Below, one piece after another: positions 33,266-35,596 of a DNA stretch of 35,596 nt. The notes under the pieces were generated by a model, which was not told where the DNA came from, did not search any database, and saw only the letters and a list, made by a program, of their open reading frames with translations. This DNA is from Parcubacteria group bacterium CG2_30_36_38 (GTDB taxonomy: Bacteria; Patescibacteriota; Patescibacteriia; UBA2591; CG2-30-36-38), in NCBI GenBank assembly GCA_001873465.1, contig MNZE01000036.1, positions 1 through 35,596 of the forward strand, given 5' to 3'. A program made the position numbers and the translations under genes. Position 1 is the first letter of the stretch, and every line of letters starts with the position of its first letter.

Positions 33266-35187
33266 TTAAAAAAATATTCATTTTTAGTTTAATCTTTTTG
33301 ACAGCAGTAATACTGTGGAATCTTTTTTATCAGCCAGCTAGAGGTTTGTTAAATAAATCTGAGAATGAAACTAACGAAATTTTAGTTAAATTGAAGACTT
33401 CTTCTCAAATTTATAAAATAGAAATAAAAGATTTTTGTTTAGAAAAAATTTTAAAAATTCTCCTGAAGAGGCCTGAGATAGAAATGGCCGAACCAAACTG
33501 GTTAGTAGAAGCTTCTGCCATCTCTTCGCCTCCGAATGACCCTTATTATGATAAACTTTGGTATCTAAAACAGATAGGAGCCGAGGAGGCATGGAAAATA
33601 GTCGGTGGCGGTAAAGAAGAAGTAGTGGTGGCAATACTTGATACGGGCGTAGATATTGATCATCCTGATCTTAAGGAAAACATTTGGACTAATATTGATG
33701 AAATGCCGGGCAACGCCGCGGATGATGATAATAATGGTTATATAGATGATGTCCATGGTTGGGATTTCATTGAGAACGTGCCTGATCCTCGACCAAAATT
33801 TAAAGACAATTGGACAGAGAGCGGTATCCATCACGGTACTTTAATCGGCGGGTTGATTGCTGCTTCTGGCAATAACAGAGAGGGAACGATTGGTTTAAGT
33901 TATGAGGTAAGAATTATGCCTTTGCGTGTCTTGAACAATGAGGGGACAGGCAGCGTAGATCAGGTGATTAAAGGAATTAATTACGCTATTTATAATGGAG
34001 CGAAAATAATAAACTTAAGTTTTGTCGGGAGCGAAAAAAGTTATTTTTTGAAAGAAGCTTTGAAAAAAGCTTGGGATATGGGGGTCCTTGTGGTGGCCGC
34101 GGCCGGCAATGAAACAATAAACGCGCCTCTCGATTTAAATAAGACCCCAGTTTATCCTATTTGTCTTGATGCAGACGAGAAAGAGAATTTTATTCTTGGA
34201 GTAGCGGCGACTGATCTTCAAGACGAAAAAGCCATATTTTCCGACTATGGCTCTTCTTGCATTGATGTTTCTGCGCCGGGGATAAGGGTTTTTGGACCTT
34301 TGGTTTATCAGCCAGACAAAGGTTTTAATGAATATTATGGAGGTTATTGGTCGGGTACTTCTTTGTCTGCCCCGCTTGTTTCTTCTTTGGCTGCTTTAGT
34401 TTGGTCAGCTAATCCTTTACTTTCTCAAAAAGATGTCAGAGATATTATTTTAGGACAAACGAAAAAAATTGATTCTTTAAATCCCGACTTTGCTGGTCAA
34501 TTAGGCCAAGGAAGAATTGATGCTTATGAGGCAGTTAATTACGCTCTGACTCAAAAAGGGACCTTATCTTATGATAATTACATTATCACTGGCGCTGGAC
34601 CAGGCGGCGGACCCCACGTCAGAGTCTTTGATCTAAGTGGCAACCCAAAAGCTGGTTTCTTCGCTTATGACCCAAAATTTTCTGGCGGCGTGATTGTCGC
34701 CACTGGCGATGTTGATGGCGATGGAATTCAAGAAATTATCACTGGCGCTGGACCAGGCGGCGGACCCCTAGTGAGAGTTTTTGACCTAAAAGGCAATATT
34801 AAACTTCAATTCTTTGCTTTTAATGAGTCCTATAAAGGCGGGATTAATATTTTTTCAGGCGTTGACATTGATGGCGACAAATTAGATGATATTATTGTAG
34901 GAGTTAATAAATTAGCTGCTCCTTATATTAGAGTTTTTGAAGGACAATTTGCCACTTTGAGATTACAGTTCCTTTCTTATGACAGACTTTTCTATCAAGG
35001 AGTAAAGGCAGCCGGCGCTGACCTTAATGGAAATAAAAAGAGCGAAATTGTTGTTGGTTTGGGCCCGGGCAGAGAGCCGTATGTAAGAATTTTTGATAGT
35101 GAGGGGAATTTTTTAACCAAATTTCTTGCCTACTCTCCGCTTTTTAAAGGAGGAGTAAATGTGGCGACAATAAAAGTGAATAAATAA
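33262..35187 (+). CDS. Secreted S8 (subtilisin-like) serine peptidase with C-terminal FG-GAP/VCBS-like repeats
   Basis: 641 aa with an N-terminal signal/anchor. The catalytic triad motifs are VAILDTGVDIDHPDL (Asp), HHGTLIGG (His) and SGTSLSAPLVS (Ser). The C-terminus has about 5 repeats of the type GAGPGGGP.VRVFD..GN....F.A. Confidence 0.88.
   Translation: MIKKIFIFSLIFLTAVILWNLFYQPARGLLNKSENETNEILVKLKTSSQIYKIEIKDFCLEKILKILLKRPEIEMAEPNWLVEASAISSPPNDPYYDKLWYLKQIGAEEAWKIVGGGKEEVVVAILDTGVDIDHPDLKENIWTNIDEMPGNAADDDNNGYIDDVHGWDFIENVPDPRPKFKDNWTESGIHHGTLIGGLIAASGNNREGTIGLSYEVRIMPLRVLNNEGTGSVDQVIKGINYAIYNGAKIINLSFVGSEKSYFLKEALKKAWDMGVLVVAAAGNETINAPLDLNKTPVYPICLDADEKENFILGVAATDLQDEKAIFSDYGSSCIDVSAPGIRVFGPLVYQPDKGFNEYYGGYWSGTSLSAPLVSSLAALVWSANPLLSQKDVRDIILGQTKKIDSLNPDFAGQLGQGRIDAYEAVNYALTQKGTLSYDNYIITGAGPGGGPHVRVFDLSGNPKAGFFAYDPKFSGGVIVATGDVDGDGIQEIITGAGPGGGPLVRVFDLKGNIKLQFFAFNESYKGGINIFSGVDIDGDKLDDIIVGVNKLAAPYIRVFEGQFATLRLQFLSYDRLFYQGVKAAGADLNGNKKSEIVVGLGPGREPYVRIFDSEGNFLTKFLAYSPLFKGGVNVATIKVNK
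34582..34768 (+). repeat. Perfect 34-nt direct repeat inside the FG-GAP repeat region of the S8 peptidase
   Basis: ATTATCACTGGCGCTGGACCAGGCGGCGGACCCC occurs at about 34582-34615 and about 34735-34768. The copies are 153 nt (51 codons) apart and encode IITGAGPGGGP. Confidence 0.8.
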
Positions 35188-35189
35188 TT

Positions 35190-35596
35190 ATGAATTCAGA
35201 ACTTCGCAAAGATTATTTTTTGAATCGATATGTAATCATCACCCCAGGTCGTTTAAAACGGCCAAGGTCTGCTGTGACGCGGACTATTTTTGTCAAAGAG
35301 AAAGAGTGTCCTTTTTGTCCTAAACACATAGAAAAAAGTTTGATCATTAAATCTTATTTCAAAAATAAAAAAACCAAAACTTGGCAGATAATGGTTTTAG
35401 AAAATAAATTTCCGATCGTCTCTTTAAAATCATTTAAGGCGTACGGCCAGAATGAAGTTATCATCGAGGCTCCAGAACATGGCAGAGATCTTGCCGAGCT
35501 ATCTATTAAAGAAATAATAAATTTACTTGAAGTTTTTAAAGAAAGAACGAAGGAATTATCTAAATTAAAAAGAATTGAATATGTCTTGATTTTTAA
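35190..35596 (+). CDS. Galactose-1-phosphate uridylyltransferase-like (GalT/HIT superfamily) protein, 3' end outside the window
   Basis: It is not in the ORF track because no stop lies in the window. My translation is MNSELRKDYFLNRYVIITPGRLKRPRS...KECPFCPKH...MVLENKFPIV...EVIIEAPEH. The ELR.D....r.vii...R..RP plus CPFC pattern matches the GalT N-terminal half. Confidence 0.7.
   Translation, partial: MNSELRKDYFLNRYVIITPGRLKRPRSAVTRTIFVKEKECPFCPKHIEKSLIIKSYFKNKKTKTWQIMVLENKFPIVSLKSFKAYGQNEVIIEAPEHGRDLAELSIKEIINLLEVFKERTKELSKLKRIEYVLIF

Noticed and set aside
34582-34768. Direct repeats as a possible CRISPR or mini-array.
   Set aside because: There are only two copies. They are in-frame inside a coding repeat (IITGAGPGGGP) with no unique spacers and no cas genes. 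No CRISPR-like array exists anywhere in the window.

Overview
AT-rich, gene-dense chromosomal segment with about 40 CDS and 3 tRNA genes. There are no rRNA genes, CRISPR arrays, transposases or prophage genes. Gene content looks like a small-genome Patescibacteria/CPR-type bacterium using the standard genetic code: short overlapping genes, and housekeeping genes (murB, lspA, rpsA, ftsH, dnaN, hup, efp, rpsF-ssb-rpsR, rpmB, ruvC, gyrA, pcm) mixed with pilT, a ComEC-type MBL protein, an FG-GAP-tailed S8 protease and GH57/GlgA glycogen genes. Most of the window is ordinary. The main findings are: (1) Two unrelated, apparently intact inteins interrupt essential genes. A 453-aa Ser1/Thr+1 LAGLIDADG intein sits in the AAA+ module of FtsH. 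A 399-aa Cys1/Ser+1 HNH intein sits in GyrA, 11 residues upstream of the catalytic Tyr, which is not the classical mycobacterial GyrA site. (2) At least four genes or operons (rpsA, rpsF-ssb-rpsR, a GT4 glycosyltransferase, an MBL-fold gene) have a near-consensus sigma70-type -10 box ending 6-7 nt before the ATG, which implies leaderless mRNAs. Two neighbouring genes instead use strong Shine-Dalgarno sites. (3) A tRNA-Pro(GGG) has non-canonical D and T loops. (4) A glycogen cluster carries two GlgA paralogs flanking a GH57-UVR fusion and an APH-fold kinase. No glgC or glgB is in the window, and a GalT-like gene lies nearby. (5) A small operon encodes a membrane-anchored CPHC (DsbA-motif) thioredoxin-fold protein and a CxxC-bearing polytopic membrane protein. 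(6) EF-P has a completely divergent modification loop. Non-CDS coordinates were derived by hand and may be off by 1-2 nt.
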